This document shows, in pieces, positions 28,790 to 38,067 of a DNA stretch of 64,000 nucleotides. The position numbers were made by a program, and so were the translations under genes. This DNA comes from Taibaiella sp. Its GTDB lineage: Bacteria > Bacteroidota > Bacteroidia > Chitinophagales > Chitinophagaceae. The stretch's first letter is position 1. Each line of letters begins with the position of its first letter. The notes under the pieces are model-generated. The model ran no database searches. It had not been told where the DNA came from and saw only the letters and a list, made by a program, of their open reading frames with translations. The stretch is taken from positions 751 to 64,750 of the forward strand of contig JACMPD010000258.1 in NCBI GenBank assembly GCA_014377675.1. The letters run 5' to 3'.

Positions 28790-30927
28790 TGCCCCAATTT
28801 AGAATATTATTACTCGCTTTACTATTAATTGCCAGCTCCGCTATAGCGCAAGACACTATATTTTATGCCAACGCCGCTAACAGCGAGCTGGTAGGCAAAC
28901 GAATTTATATACTTGATGACAGTAAAAACAATATCAGTTTATCAGAAGCTTTCCATTCTGATAATTACATCAAAAGCAAGGCTGAAGCGCCAAGCCTTGA
29001 GGTAAAGCCTACTCCCTTCTGGGTGAAACTTGTTGTAGCTAACAAAACCTCACTTAACACTCTGTCCCTTAACCTGGGCTACCCTACAATAGATAGCGTG
29101 AGGTTTTATACCGCTTTGCCGGATGGTGGTTTTGACAGTATTATTACCGGTGAGTTTGTACCCTACTACTTGCGCCCAACCAGACATCAGGATTATATCT
29201 TCAGGCTGATGGTGCCACCCGGCGAAGCGCGTACATTCCTGTTTAAAGTAAGTGCCTCAGAGCCAATTCAGTTGCCGGTTACTATAGGGTCCTTCAAAGC
29301 CATAGCGGAAGATATATTTACCAGAGACCTGCTTTTTGGCATGTACGCCGGCATTATACTTGTTATGTTGTTATATAATCTGTTCCTTTTCTTTACGGTC
29401 AGGGACAGGTCTTATTTATATTACGTTGGGTACATACTTTTTACAGGGCTAACCCAGGCCTGCCTGCAGGGCTACGCCGCACGGTTCTTGTACCCTCAGT
29501 CTTTTTTTCTTGCCAATGCTATGGTAGTATGGGTACCCGCGTTATCAGGTATATTTGCTATTGTATTCATCAATCACTTTCTGCAGGTGCGCACTTTCAC
29601 ACCTGTATTGTACCGTGTTCTTTCCGGTTTCCTTATCATGTACTGCGGCATTCTTGCGCTCAGCCTTACAGGCAATTACCTGCTTTGTACGGGCATTATG
29701 CAGCTGGTGGTCACCTTGCTTGCTGTTGTAGTATATATAATCGCAGTTAAAATAACGCTTAAGGGCTACAGGCCGGCAAAAATATTCCTGCTTGCCTGGA
29801 CCATATTTATAGCAGCGGTAGTAGTTTTTGTGTTGCGCAATTTTGGAGCGGTGCCCTACAATGGCTTTAGTTATTATGCCATGCAGATTGGCTCGGCCAT
29901 TGAAGTGGTATTGCTGTCATTCGCTCTCGCTGATAAAATAAATCTTTTCAGAATGGAGAAGGAAGAGTCGCAAAAGCACGCCATGGAAGCATTAAAGGAA
30001 AATGAGCATATTGTGCGCGGGCAAAATGTGATGCTGGAGAAAAAGGTGAACGAAAGAACACATGAGCTGCGCTTATCAAATGACGGACTGAACAAAGCGA
30101 TGGAAGAACTTAAGGATGCGGAAGCGCAACTTGTGGAGTCTGAAAAAATGGCTTCTTTAGGTCAGCTTACTGCGGGTATTGCCCATGAAATCAATAACCC
30201 GATAAACTTTGTTACCTCTAATGTGAAGCCGCTTAACAGGGATGTGAAGATGTTGCTGGAGGCTATGGATGTAATGGAGCGTATAATTATTGAAAAATCT
30301 CCTGAAAACCATAAAGTTATATTAAATTACAAGGCGGAAATTGACTACGATTATTTAAAGGAAGAAATTGAGCAATTACTCAGCGGTATAAGCGACGGAG
30401 CCTCAAGAACCGCAGAAATAGTAAAGGGGCTGCGCATTTTCTCCAGGCTTGATGAAGATGACCTGAAGAAAGCGGACATTAATGAAGGCATGGATTCAAC
30501 GCTTATTATCACAAATAATATGCTTAATAACCAGATAAAAGTAATAAAGCATTATGGAAACCTGCCGCTCATTGAGTGTTACCCCGGCAAGCTAAATCAG
30601 GTATTTTTAAATATGATTTCCAATGGCATATATGCTGTAAGGAAAAAATACGGGGAAAAGGAGGGTGGTGAACTGCACATAACGACCGGCACTGAAACAG
30701 ACTGCGTTTTTATCTCAATAGCTGATAACGGTACAGGGATGGATGAAAGCACCAAAAAGAGACTTTTTGAACCATTCTTTACCACTAAGGATGTGGGAGA
30801 AGGTACAGGCCTCGGGCTTTCAATAGCGTACAATACAATAAATAAACATAGTGGACAGGTGCTGATAGAATCACAGCTCGGCTTAGGCAGCAAGTTTACA
30901 ATAAAGCTGCCACTAGTGCAAAAATAA
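28786..30927 (+). CDS. 7TM-DISM sensor histidine kinase
   Basis: Signal peptide, periplasmic 7TMR-DISMED2-like domain (FWVKL), seven TM (YNLFLFFTVRDRSYLYY ... LLSFALAD), coiled coil, GIAHEINNP H-box, FEPFFTTK, GTGLGL. Confidence 0.93.
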   Translation: MMPQFRILLLALLLIASSAIAQDTIFYANAANSELVGKRIYILDDSKNNISLSEAFHSDNYIKSKAEAPSLEVKPTPFWVKLVVANKTSLNTLSLNLGYPTIDSVRFYTALPDGGFDSIITGEFVPYYLRPTRHQDYIFRLMVPPGEARTFLFKVSASEPIQLPVTIGSFKAIAEDIFTRDLLFGMYAGIILVMLLYNLFLFFTVRDRSYLYYVGYILFTGLTQACLQGYAARFLYPQSFFLANAMVVWVPALSGIFAIVFINHFLQVRTFTPVLYRVLSGFLIMYCGILALSLTGNYLLCTGIMQLVVTLLAVVVYIIAVKITLKGYRPAKIFLLAWTIFIAAVVVFVLRNFGAVPYNGFSYYAMQIGSAIEVVLLSFALADKINLFRMEKEESQKHAMEALKENEHIVRGQNVMLEKKVNERTHELRLSNDGLNKAMEELKDAEAQLVESEKMASLGQLTAGIAHEINNPINFVTSNVKPLNRDVKMLLEAMDVMERIIIEKSPENHKVILNYKAEIDYDYLKEEIEQLLSGISDGASRTAEIVKGLRIFSRLDEDDLKKADINEGMDSTLIITNNMLNNQIKVIKHYGNLPLIECYPGKLNQVFLNMISNGIYAVRKKYGEKEGGELHITTGTETDCVFISIADNGTGMDESTKKRLFEPFFTTKDVGEGTGLGLSIAYNTINKHSGQVLIESQLGLGSKFTIKLPLVQK

Positions 30928-30941
30928 TATAAAAATATGTC

Positions 30942-32063
30942 ATGGAAAAAATTAAAATCCTATATATAGATGATGAACAGAATAACCTGAATGGGTTTAA
31001 AGCGACCTTCAGGTTTGACTATTCTATATTAACGGCTGCAACTACCCAGCAGGCGCATAATTTTTTAAATGAGCATCCTGATATAAGAATTATCTTGTGT
31101 GACCAGCGCATGCCTGATAAAACAGGCGTACAGTTTTTTGAAGAAATGCGGATAAAGTTTCCTGAACCTATCAGGATGCTTATTACCGGTTATACTGATA
31201 TTGAATCGGTTATAGAGGGTATTAACAGGGGGCATATTTACAGATATATAAAAAAGCCATGGACTGATACCGATATAAAATCAGCTATAGAGGAAGGAAA
31301 TAAATTTTTCCTCACCACATCACAGCTTGCCAGTAAAAATGTGGAATTGCAGTCAGCTTACGATGAGCTGGGTAAGTTTGCCTATAGCGTAACCCATGAC
31401 CTCAGAGGGCCGCTGCTAAGTGTGCTTGGCGCACTTGATATAGCAAAAACCATTGACGACTTAAATGAGGTGAAAGAAATACAATCGATGATGGGTGTTG
31501 CTTTGCACAAGCTTGATGATTATATTACCAGCCTGCATGAGTATTATAACCTGAAACGGGGAAAGCTGGTTTTTGAGGAGATTCAGTTTAGTGAAGTAGT
31601 TAATGACATAGCTGCACTCTTCCGCATTGCAGGGAGCATGGAGAATATTAAATTTAACGTGAGGGTAAGTCAGCCAGGCTTATTTATGACTGATAAAGTA
31701 TCAGTAAAAATTATATTGAATAATCTGTTCTCTAATGCATTCAAATACCAGCGAAAGGCAGAGCCCAACAAATTTGTTGATGTGTCTATTGGAACTGAGC
31801 ATAATATAGTCACTATTATTGTAAAAGATAATGGTATAGGCATTCAGCAGGAACATATAGAAGATATATTTACCATGTTTTTCAGGGCTACTTCGCAGGA
31901 TATTGGCTCTGGTTTTGGATTGTATAATGTGAAAGATGCCCTCAATAAATTAAACGGCACTATTGAAGTGCAGTCAGTAATAGATGAAGGAACAACTTTT
32001 AAAGTAACCATACCGGGAAGAACAAATGCTTCAAAACAAGAAACAGCACTTTATAGTAATTGA
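30942..32063 (+). CDS. cytoplasmic hybrid receiver-histidine kinase
   Basis: REC (YIDDE, CDQRMP, KKPW), THDLRGPL H-box, NLFSNAFKY, DNGIGI, GSGFGL. Confidence 0.92.
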   Translation: MEKIKILYIDDEQNNLNGFKATFRFDYSILTAATTQQAHNFLNEHPDIRIILCDQRMPDKTGVQFFEEMRIKFPEPIRMLITGYTDIESVIEGINRGHIYRYIKKPWTDTDIKSAIEEGNKFFLTTSQLASKNVELQSAYDELGKFAYSVTHDLRGPLLSVLGALDIAKTIDDLNEVKEIQSMMGVALHKLDDYITSLHEYYNLKRGKLVFEEIQFSEVVNDIAALFRIAGSMENIKFNVRVSQPGLFMTDKVSVKIILNNLFSNAFKYQRKAEPNKFVDVSIGTEHNIVTIIVKDNGIGIQQEHIEDIFTMFFRATSQDIGSGFGLYNVKDALNKLNGTIEVQSVIDEGTTFKVTIPGRTNASKQETALYSN

Positions 32064-32427
32064 CGATAGTAAACTTGATTGTTTTATCGCCGAGAAGATA
32101 ATTAAGAACACCGGCAAGTGCGAATCCGTTATTTCCTTTCAGCAGGCGACGGAGGCGCTGGCGTTCTTAATTACCAATGAGATCAAGTATCCGTATCCTA
32201 CTATAATATTAGTGGATATACAAATGCCTGTAATGAATGGCTTCCAGTTTGTGGAGGCATTTGAGAAGCTGCCGCTCAGTATTACCAGCAAATACAGCAT
32301 ATATATCATATCGTCTTCTATTAATGATGATGACCTCAACAGGGTACACAACTACCATAGTATTAAGCAATTTTTAAATAAGCCGCTCACCAGTAATAAT
32401 CTGTCACTGCTTTTGACAAAAGACTAA
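32026..32427 (+). CDS. stand-alone response regulator receiver protein
   Basis: VIDD, LVDIQMPVMNG, SSS, NKPL; overlaps the upstream kinase by 38 nt. Confidence 0.9.
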   Translation: MLQNKKQHFIVIDDSKLDCFIAEKIIKNTGKCESVISFQQATEALAFLITNEIKYPYPTIILVDIQMPVMNGFQFVEAFEKLPLSITSKYSIYIISSSINDDDLNRVHNYHSIKQFLNKPLTSNNLSLLLTKD

Positions 32428-32608
32428 AAGTCAACGTTCCACATACTCCCTCTTTAAAGCGTACCAGGCGATACAAGGTAAAATTTTATAGCGGCAAAAT
32501 ATGTTTTTGCTGCAAAAGCAGTAATTTTGGCACAATAAGCGCCGTTTTGACAAATTGAGTAATGGGTCAATTTTTTCGCGGGGCCTGACTATTGTTTAAT
32601 TTATTTTA

Positions 32609-33844
32609 ATGGATATTCAAAGCATCAAAAACAGGTTTGCTATTATTGGTAATGCTCCCGCACTTAACCATGCCCTTAATACAGCCGTACAGGTGGCTAA
32701 TACTGATCTTTCAGTTTTAATAGTGGGCGAAAGTGGGGTGGGTAAAGAAGTTTTTTCTAATATAATACATACCCTTTCGCCGCGGAAGCATAATCCGTTT
32801 ATTGCAGTGAACTGTGGCGCCATACCTGAAGGAACTATTGACAGCGAATTGTTTGGCCATGAAAAGGGCTCTTTTACGGGTGCCGTTGACAGCCGAAAGG
32901 GCTATTTCGAGACTGTGAACGGAGGTACCATTTTTCTTGATGAGATAGGCGAAATGCCGCTGGGCACGCAGGCGCGCCTGCTCCGTGTGCTGGAGACCGG
33001 AGAATTTATAAGGGTAGGCTCATCAAAAGTGCAGAAGACCGACGTAAGAGTGATAGCCGCTACCAACCGTGATTTATTAGAATATACAAGTCAGCACAAA
33101 TTTAGGGAAGACCTGTACTACAGGCTCAGTACTGTACCGATAAGAGTACCCGCCCTGCGTGACCGCAAAGAAGACGTGCCGTTACTTTTCCGAAAATTCG
33201 CGGCTGATTTCGCCGAGCGGTACAAAACAACTTCCATCCAGCTTGATGTGGTGGCCATGCAGTTACTGATCAACTACCCGTGGCGGGGAAATGTGCGCGA
33301 GCTGAAGAACGCTGCGGAGCAGATATCAGTACTTTCTACCAATAAACAAATTAACGCCGAAGTATTGCAGCAGTTTCTTCCTCAGAACGATAACTCGCGC
33401 AGCCTTGCATTAATACCGTCTTCGGGCGCTATGGGGCAGCGCGGCAACCCTGACTTTAACAGTGAGCGCGATATATTATACAAGCTCTTCTTCGATATGA
33501 AGAAGGATATGAATGACCTCAAGCAGATGATTTTTGATGTGGCCAACAACCAGGACTACACGCCACCTGACCCATCCGCTAAAAGCGTAGTAAAGATGTA
33601 TACCGAGCCTGAGCCGGCACCAGTAAACAACTACACCAGTAACACGCCCATTCTCCTTGAAAATAACACCCATTCCCAGCACGAAGTATTGGAAGAAACA
33701 TTATCGCTGGCTGACAGGGAAAAAGAGTTTATTACAAAGGCTCTGAAGAAACATAAAAGCAGGAGAAAAGACGCTGCTACTGAGTTAGGAATTTCAGAAC
33801 GCACGTTGTACAGAAAGATAAAGGAGTACGGAATAAAGGAGTAA
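32609..33844 (+). CDS. sigma-54 interaction domain protein (AAA+ plus Fis HTH, no receiver)
   Basis: GESGVGKE, ELFGHEKGSFTGA, FLDEIGEM, FREDLYYRL, WRGNVREL, LGISERTLYRKIK. Confidence 0.93.
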   Translation: MDIQSIKNRFAIIGNAPALNHALNTAVQVANTDLSVLIVGESGVGKEVFSNIIHTLSPRKHNPFIAVNCGAIPEGTIDSELFGHEKGSFTGAVDSRKGYFETVNGGTIFLDEIGEMPLGTQARLLRVLETGEFIRVGSSKVQKTDVRVIAATNRDLLEYTSQHKFREDLYYRLSTVPIRVPALRDRKEDVPLLFRKFAADFAERYKTTSIQLDVVAMQLLINYPWRGNVRELKNAAEQISVLSTNKQINAEVLQQFLPQNDNSRSLALIPSSGAMGQRGNPDFNSERDILYKLFFDMKKDMNDLKQMIFDVANNQDYTPPDPSAKSVVKMYTEPEPAPVNNYTSNTPILLENNTHSQHEVLEETLSLADREKEFITKALKKHKSRRKDAATELGISERTLYRKIKEYGIKE

Positions 33845-33849
33845 ATTTT

Positions 33850-34470
33850 ATGAAGAAAATATTTGTGGCCGGCATAGATACTAATGCTGGCAAGACGTTG
33901 GTAGCAGCGATACTGGTGGAGGCACTTGAAGCGGACTACTGGAAGCCAGTGCAGGCCGGTGACCTTGATAACAGTGATACCATGAAGGTACAGGGACTGG
34001 TAACCAATACAAAATCAAAGTTTCACCCAGAGCAATTTCGCCTTTCTATCCCTATGTCGCCCCATGTTGCGGCCAGGCGTGACGGGCTTGGCATCACTCT
34101 CAGTGATTTTACCTGCCCCGCTACCACCAATAGATTGATAGTTGAAGGCGCCGGTGGCCTTATGTCTCCGCTCAATGACAACACTTTTGTGATAGACCTT
34201 GTAAAAACGCTGGACGTTGAAGTGGTACTGGTCAGCCGCAACTACCTGGGCAGCATTAACCATACACTGCTTTCCGCTATGGCCTTGAAACACCACAACG
34301 TAAAAGTAAAAGGAATTATATTTAATGGAGAACCAATGGAGGGTACTGAGGAAATAATCCTTTCAGAAACCGGTTACCGAATGTTGGGTAGAATTGATGA
34401 GGAAGAGGTAATAGATAAAAATGTTGTGGCCCGCTATGCGGCTGATTACCATTTTCTTCTTGACGAATAG
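33850..34470 (+). CDS. bioD: dethiobiotin synthase
   Basis: GIDTNAGKT, WKPVQAG, SPH, VEGAGG, LGSINHT. Confidence 0.95.
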   Translation: MKKIFVAGIDTNAGKTLVAAILVEALEADYWKPVQAGDLDNSDTMKVQGLVTNTKSKFHPEQFRLSIPMSPHVAARRDGLGITLSDFTCPATTNRLIVEGAGGLMSPLNDNTFVIDLVKTLDVEVVLVSRNYLGSINHTLLSAMALKHHNVKVKGIIFNGEPMEGTEEIILSETGYRMLGRIDEEEVIDKNVVARYAADYHFLLDE

Positions 34471-34482
34471 CGAACCCGGTGC

Positions 34483-35478
34483 TTACATAAGCAGTTGACC
34501 CATCATTTCTTTTAGCAGTTCGCGGTCATCAGCACTGCTTTCTATGCCCACAGCCATGGTACTGTATTTGGCCAGTATCAGCAGCGCGCGTTCCACACGT
34601 GGCAGTGGCCATTGGCCTGTAGCCGCCATATATTCCCGGCTTTTCCATGCGCCAAGGGCGGCGGAAATATCTTTTTCCGGCTTGCCTATCAAAAAATTAG
34701 CCATGTACAACTTGCTGAAGTGCCCGTAAAACGATGTCACCATCAACACCATAGGCGAAGCTTTTGGCGTTGAAAGAAAGTAGGAAAGCATTTTATAGAA
34801 CTTCTCCCTGTCGCCGCCCGTCAGTACTACCGGCAGATCAAATATATTATAGTCCCTGCTTACGCCTATATATTTTTTAATGTGGTCTTCTGTCAGTTCC
34901 TTTTCATTTGGTATATTGATGCGTACCTTCTCTATTTCATTCACTATTTTCTGCAGGTCGTTACCAAGGTATGATGTCAGTACTTCTGATACTTTTTCAC
35001 CAACCTGGAAACCGATGCTTTTGCCATAGTCCCGTATCCAGCCGGGCATTTTCTCATCCTTTATTTTCTCAGAGGTATAGTAAACTGTTTTTTCTTTTGC
35101 CGCCTTCCCGAACTTCGTTTTCCCATCTATTTTTTTAAACCGGTGTTCAATAAGGAGCACGGTTGTTGGCATCGGCTTTTCAAAGTAATTGATGAGTTCA
35201 GGCAGGCCGCTCAGTTGTGCTGCGTCCTTCAGTATCACCACCTGTTTTTCAGCAAACATGGGGAACCTGCGGCAGGCGTTAATGACATCAGCCCACTGCA
35301 CATCTTTGCCATACAGGGTTATAAGGTTAAAGTCACGCTCAGCGGGTGTAACTATGTTATTTTCAAAAATCTCTGTAAGGCGGTCTATATAATAGGCTTC
35401 CTCCCCGTCAATTACATAGACGGGAGCGAACTGGCGCGTTTTCAGTGCTTGTATTATTTTTAAATATTCAGCATTCAT
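34483..35478 (-). CDS. holA: DNA polymerase III subunit delta
   Basis: PVYVIDGEEAYYID, RDFN, RRFPMFAE, GNDLQKIVNEIEK, IGVSRDYNIF. Confidence 0.92.
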   Translation of the reverse strand: MNAEYLKIIQALKTRQFAPVYVIDGEEAYYIDRLTEIFENNIVTPAERDFNLITLYGKDVQWADVINACRRFPMFAEKQVVILKDAAQLSGLPELINYFEKPMPTTVLLIEHRFKKIDGKTKFGKAAKEKTVYYTSEKIKDEKMPGWIRDYGKSIGFQVGEKVSEVLTSYLGNDLQKIVNEIEKVRINIPNEKELTEDHIKKYIGVSRDYNIFDLPVVLTGGDREKFYKMLSYFLSTPKASPMVLMVTSFYGHFSKLYMANFLIGKPEKDISAALGAWKSREYMAATGQWPLPRVERALLILAKYSTMAVGIESSADDRELLKEMMGQLLM

Positions 35479-35498
35479 TCAGGTACAAATAAATAAAA

Positions 35499-36224
35499 CT
35501 AATCATCAACATATATTGGATCAGGGTTCACGTGGGGTATACCCGCCAGCCTCAGGTACACCCGGGCTGAAGTGAGTACATCCTGCAGGCAGTAGCGCCC
35601 TATCCGTGCCAGGTCATTGTCGTTATAATACACACCGGCCACCTGGCTGCCGTCAATATCACCTTTTGGCGAAGGTATGCCTAAAACTTCGGCGAGCAGG
35701 GATAGCGAGGTGAAATTTTTATAGTCCCCGAATTTCCATAGCTCCAGCGTATCCAGGTGCGTTACCTCCCATGGTTTTTTTCCATAGTGCATCATACAGG
35801 CAGGTAAGGTTACACCGGTGATAACCATTCGCCTGCAAATAAATGGTATGTCGAATTCTTTTATGTTATGGCCGCAAAACCTGAAGTCCTTGTGCAACGC
35901 GCCAAAGCGCTCAATAAGGTTACAAAAATCATTTAACAAAACCTTTTCGTCATCGCCGGTAAGCGATTTCAGCCGCATTGTCCAATGCCCATCCTTCTTA
36001 TGCAGGCTCCCGATACAGATGCAGACGACCTTGGCAAATTCAGAATATACACCGGCCTTTTCGCTGAAAAGCGTTGCTGGCTCAGTGTTTGGGTCAATAT
36101 TGCCTTTAATAAGCCTGGCTTTTTTCGTCCATTCTTTTTGCATGCCCGGTGTCAGCAATTCGTACCCGCGCTCTATTGGCACGGTTTCAATATCTATAAA
36201 CAAAATTCCGTTTAGTTGCTCCAT
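35499..36224 (-). CDS. 3'-5' exonuclease (PolB-like exonuclease domain)
   Basis: ExoI DIET, ExoII HNIKEFD, ExoIII YCLQDV motifs. Confidence 0.88.
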   Translation of the reverse strand: MEQLNGILFIDIETVPIERGYELLTPGMQKEWTKKARLIKGNIDPNTEPATLFSEKAGVYSEFAKVVCICIGSLHKKDGHWTMRLKSLTGDDEKVLLNDFCNLIERFGALHKDFRFCGHNIKEFDIPFICRRMVITGVTLPACMMHYGKKPWEVTHLDTLELWKFGDYKNFTSLSLLAEVLGIPSPKGDIDGSQVAGVYYNDNDLARIGRYCLQDVLTSARVYLRLAGIPHVNPDPIYVDD

Positions 36225-36288
36225 TCCAGTTTATCCATATTATATTTGTAGCAAATTTAAATACGGATTTCAAAACAAAGGTATAATT

Positions 36289-37218
36289 ATGAGCCAGTTT
36301 GATCAAACATCTTCTGAAACTAATAACGAAGATAGAAAGAAAAGTCCTGTCATTTATTGGGTTGTCATCTTGCTGCTGTTAATTGGCTGCGCTTTTTTGT
36401 TCTGGAGCAACCAGAAGACACGCACAGAAAAGGATCAGACCGAAAAACAGCTTGACTCCGTGAAAAGTGACCGTGCATCGTTACAGTCTGACTTTGACGC
36501 CGCATCAGCCAAAATAGACCAGCTTGTTTCTCTCAACTCAAAGATGGACAGCAGCCTGCAAAAAGACAAGGAAGAGATAGTTGCCTTACAGCGGAAAATA
36601 CGGAGTCTGCTAGGCAATAAGAAAGCCAGTGTTGACGAAATGAAGAAAGCAAGGGAAATGATTAACTCTCTTACTGACAAAACAACCCAATACGAGGCGA
36701 GAATAGCGGAGTTGGAGAAAGAGAATACAATGCTTACCCATAAAAATGGCATGCTTGCGAAGGAGCGGGACTCAGCCGTGACACAGAATATAGCTATTAA
36801 GAAGATAGCTTCAGTGTTGCATGCGTCAAACATGCGGATGGTTGCCCTTCAAATAAAGAAGAACGGCAAGGAAGTGGGTACGTCAAAAGCTAAAAAAGCC
36901 GATGTACTTCGTATAATATTTGATATTGATGAAAACCGGATAGCCGAAAGCGGAACCAAGCAAATATATCTCCGCCTTCTTGCGCCAGACGGTACTATGC
37001 TTCGCAGTGCGGCTAATTCATCAGGTATGATGGTAACTGGTAAGGGTGACCAGCTGAGCTATTCTATTCAGAAGGAGGTTGCATTGATTAAAGAACAGAA
37101 AGTGAACGATATATCTGTAGACTGGAGGCAGGATGAAGAATACCCTAAAGGCAATTACCTTATAGAAGTATACAGCGAAGGCTATAAAGTAGGTTCAGGT
37201 ACGGTAAATCTGAAATAG
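36289..37218 (+). CDS. membrane-anchored coiled-coil hypothetical protein
   Basis: Single N-terminal TM, long heptad region, beta-rich C-terminal domain; true start inferred at ATG 36289. Confidence 0.75.
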   Translation: MSQFDQTSSETNNEDRKKSPVIYWVVILLLLIGCAFLFWSNQKTRTEKDQTEKQLDSVKSDRASLQSDFDAASAKIDQLVSLNSKMDSSLQKDKEEIVALQRKIRSLLGNKKASVDEMKKAREMINSLTDKTTQYEARIAELEKENTMLTHKNGMLAKERDSAVTQNIAIKKIASVLHASNMRMVALQIKKNGKEVGTSKAKKADVLRIIFDIDENRIAESGTKQIYLRLLAPDGTMLRSAANSSGMMVTGKGDQLSYSIQKEVALIKEQKVNDISVDWRQDEEYPKGNYLIEVYSEGYKVGSGTVNLK

Positions 37219-37258
37219 TAAAGTTGTTGAATTAATATATAATTCGGTGAAATTTAAT

Positions 37259-37325
37259 GCATTATGTAATTGTTGTACTGGTTAAAACCTTTACTTAACA
37301 ATTACATAATGCCTTTCTTTTTTTT
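37259..37325 (+). terminator. hairpin with T tract, probable terminator
   Basis: 16-bp perfect inverted repeat GCATTATGTAATTGTT / AACAATTACATAATGC followed by CTTTCTTTTTTTT. Confidence 0.55.
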
Positions 37326-37371
37326 GTTCACCCACCGTAGTCTAATATTGCCATAGATTTAAGTGTAAAAT

Positions 37372-38058
37372 ATGGAAGTGTTTCCTGGTAAGATACTTAT
37401 TGTTGATGATGAACCCGATATAGTCGAGTTTATAAGTTATAACCTTAAAAATAAAGGGTATCTCATCTCTACGGCTTCTGATGGCTTTGAAGCCATTCGT
37501 AAGGCTAAAGATTTTAGACCTGATCTTATTTTGCTGGATATGATGATGCCCAATAAGGACGGGATGCAAACCATAAAGGAATTGCGCGCTGAACCTGAAT
37601 TTAAAGATACCGCCATCATTTTTCTCACGGCGCTCAATGATGAGCGGTATGAAATAGAGGGTCTGAAGGTAGGTGCTGACGATTTTATAACCAAGCCTAT
37701 CAAGGCTGAACTGCTCGCCACCCGTATAGGTTCTGCACTGCGCCGTTTCCGTAAAGATGAAGAGGAAGAGCAGAAAGTAACCTTCGGCGACCTTGAAATA
37801 AACAAAACCAAGTTCACCGTTTACTACAAAGGCGCGGAAATACTGCTTGCAAAGAAGGAATTTGAGTTGCTCTCACTGTTGGCGTCAAGGCCAGGCAGGG
37901 TGTTTTTGCGGAACGAAATTTTGCAGCGCGTTTGGGGAACCGATGTAATAGTTGGCGACCGGACTATTGATGTGCATATCCGTAAAATAAGGCAGAAGGC
38001 AGGCATTGACCTGATAACAACTGTTAAAGGAGTGGGATATAAGTTTGAAATGGCTTAG
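37372..38058 (+). CDS. OmpR/PhoB family response regulator
   Basis: VDDE, LLDMMMP, KPI; winged helix with KEFELL, RTIDVHIRKIR, TVKGVGY. Confidence 0.95.
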   Translation: MEVFPGKILIVDDEPDIVEFISYNLKNKGYLISTASDGFEAIRKAKDFRPDLILLDMMMPNKDGMQTIKELRAEPEFKDTAIIFLTALNDERYEIEGLKVGADDFITKPIKAELLATRIGSALRRFRKDEEEEQKVTFGDLEINKTKFTVYYKGAEILLAKKEFELLSLLASRPGRVFLRNEILQRVWGTDVIVGDRTIDVHIRKIRQKAGIDLITTVKGVGYKFEMA

Positions 38059-38067
38059 CTTAGTGCC

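Noticed and set aside
35818-36288. N-terminal 157-aa extension of the 466-aa ORF
   Set aside because: It overlaps the exonuclease gene in antisense; the credible start is ATG 36289, just before the TM segment.
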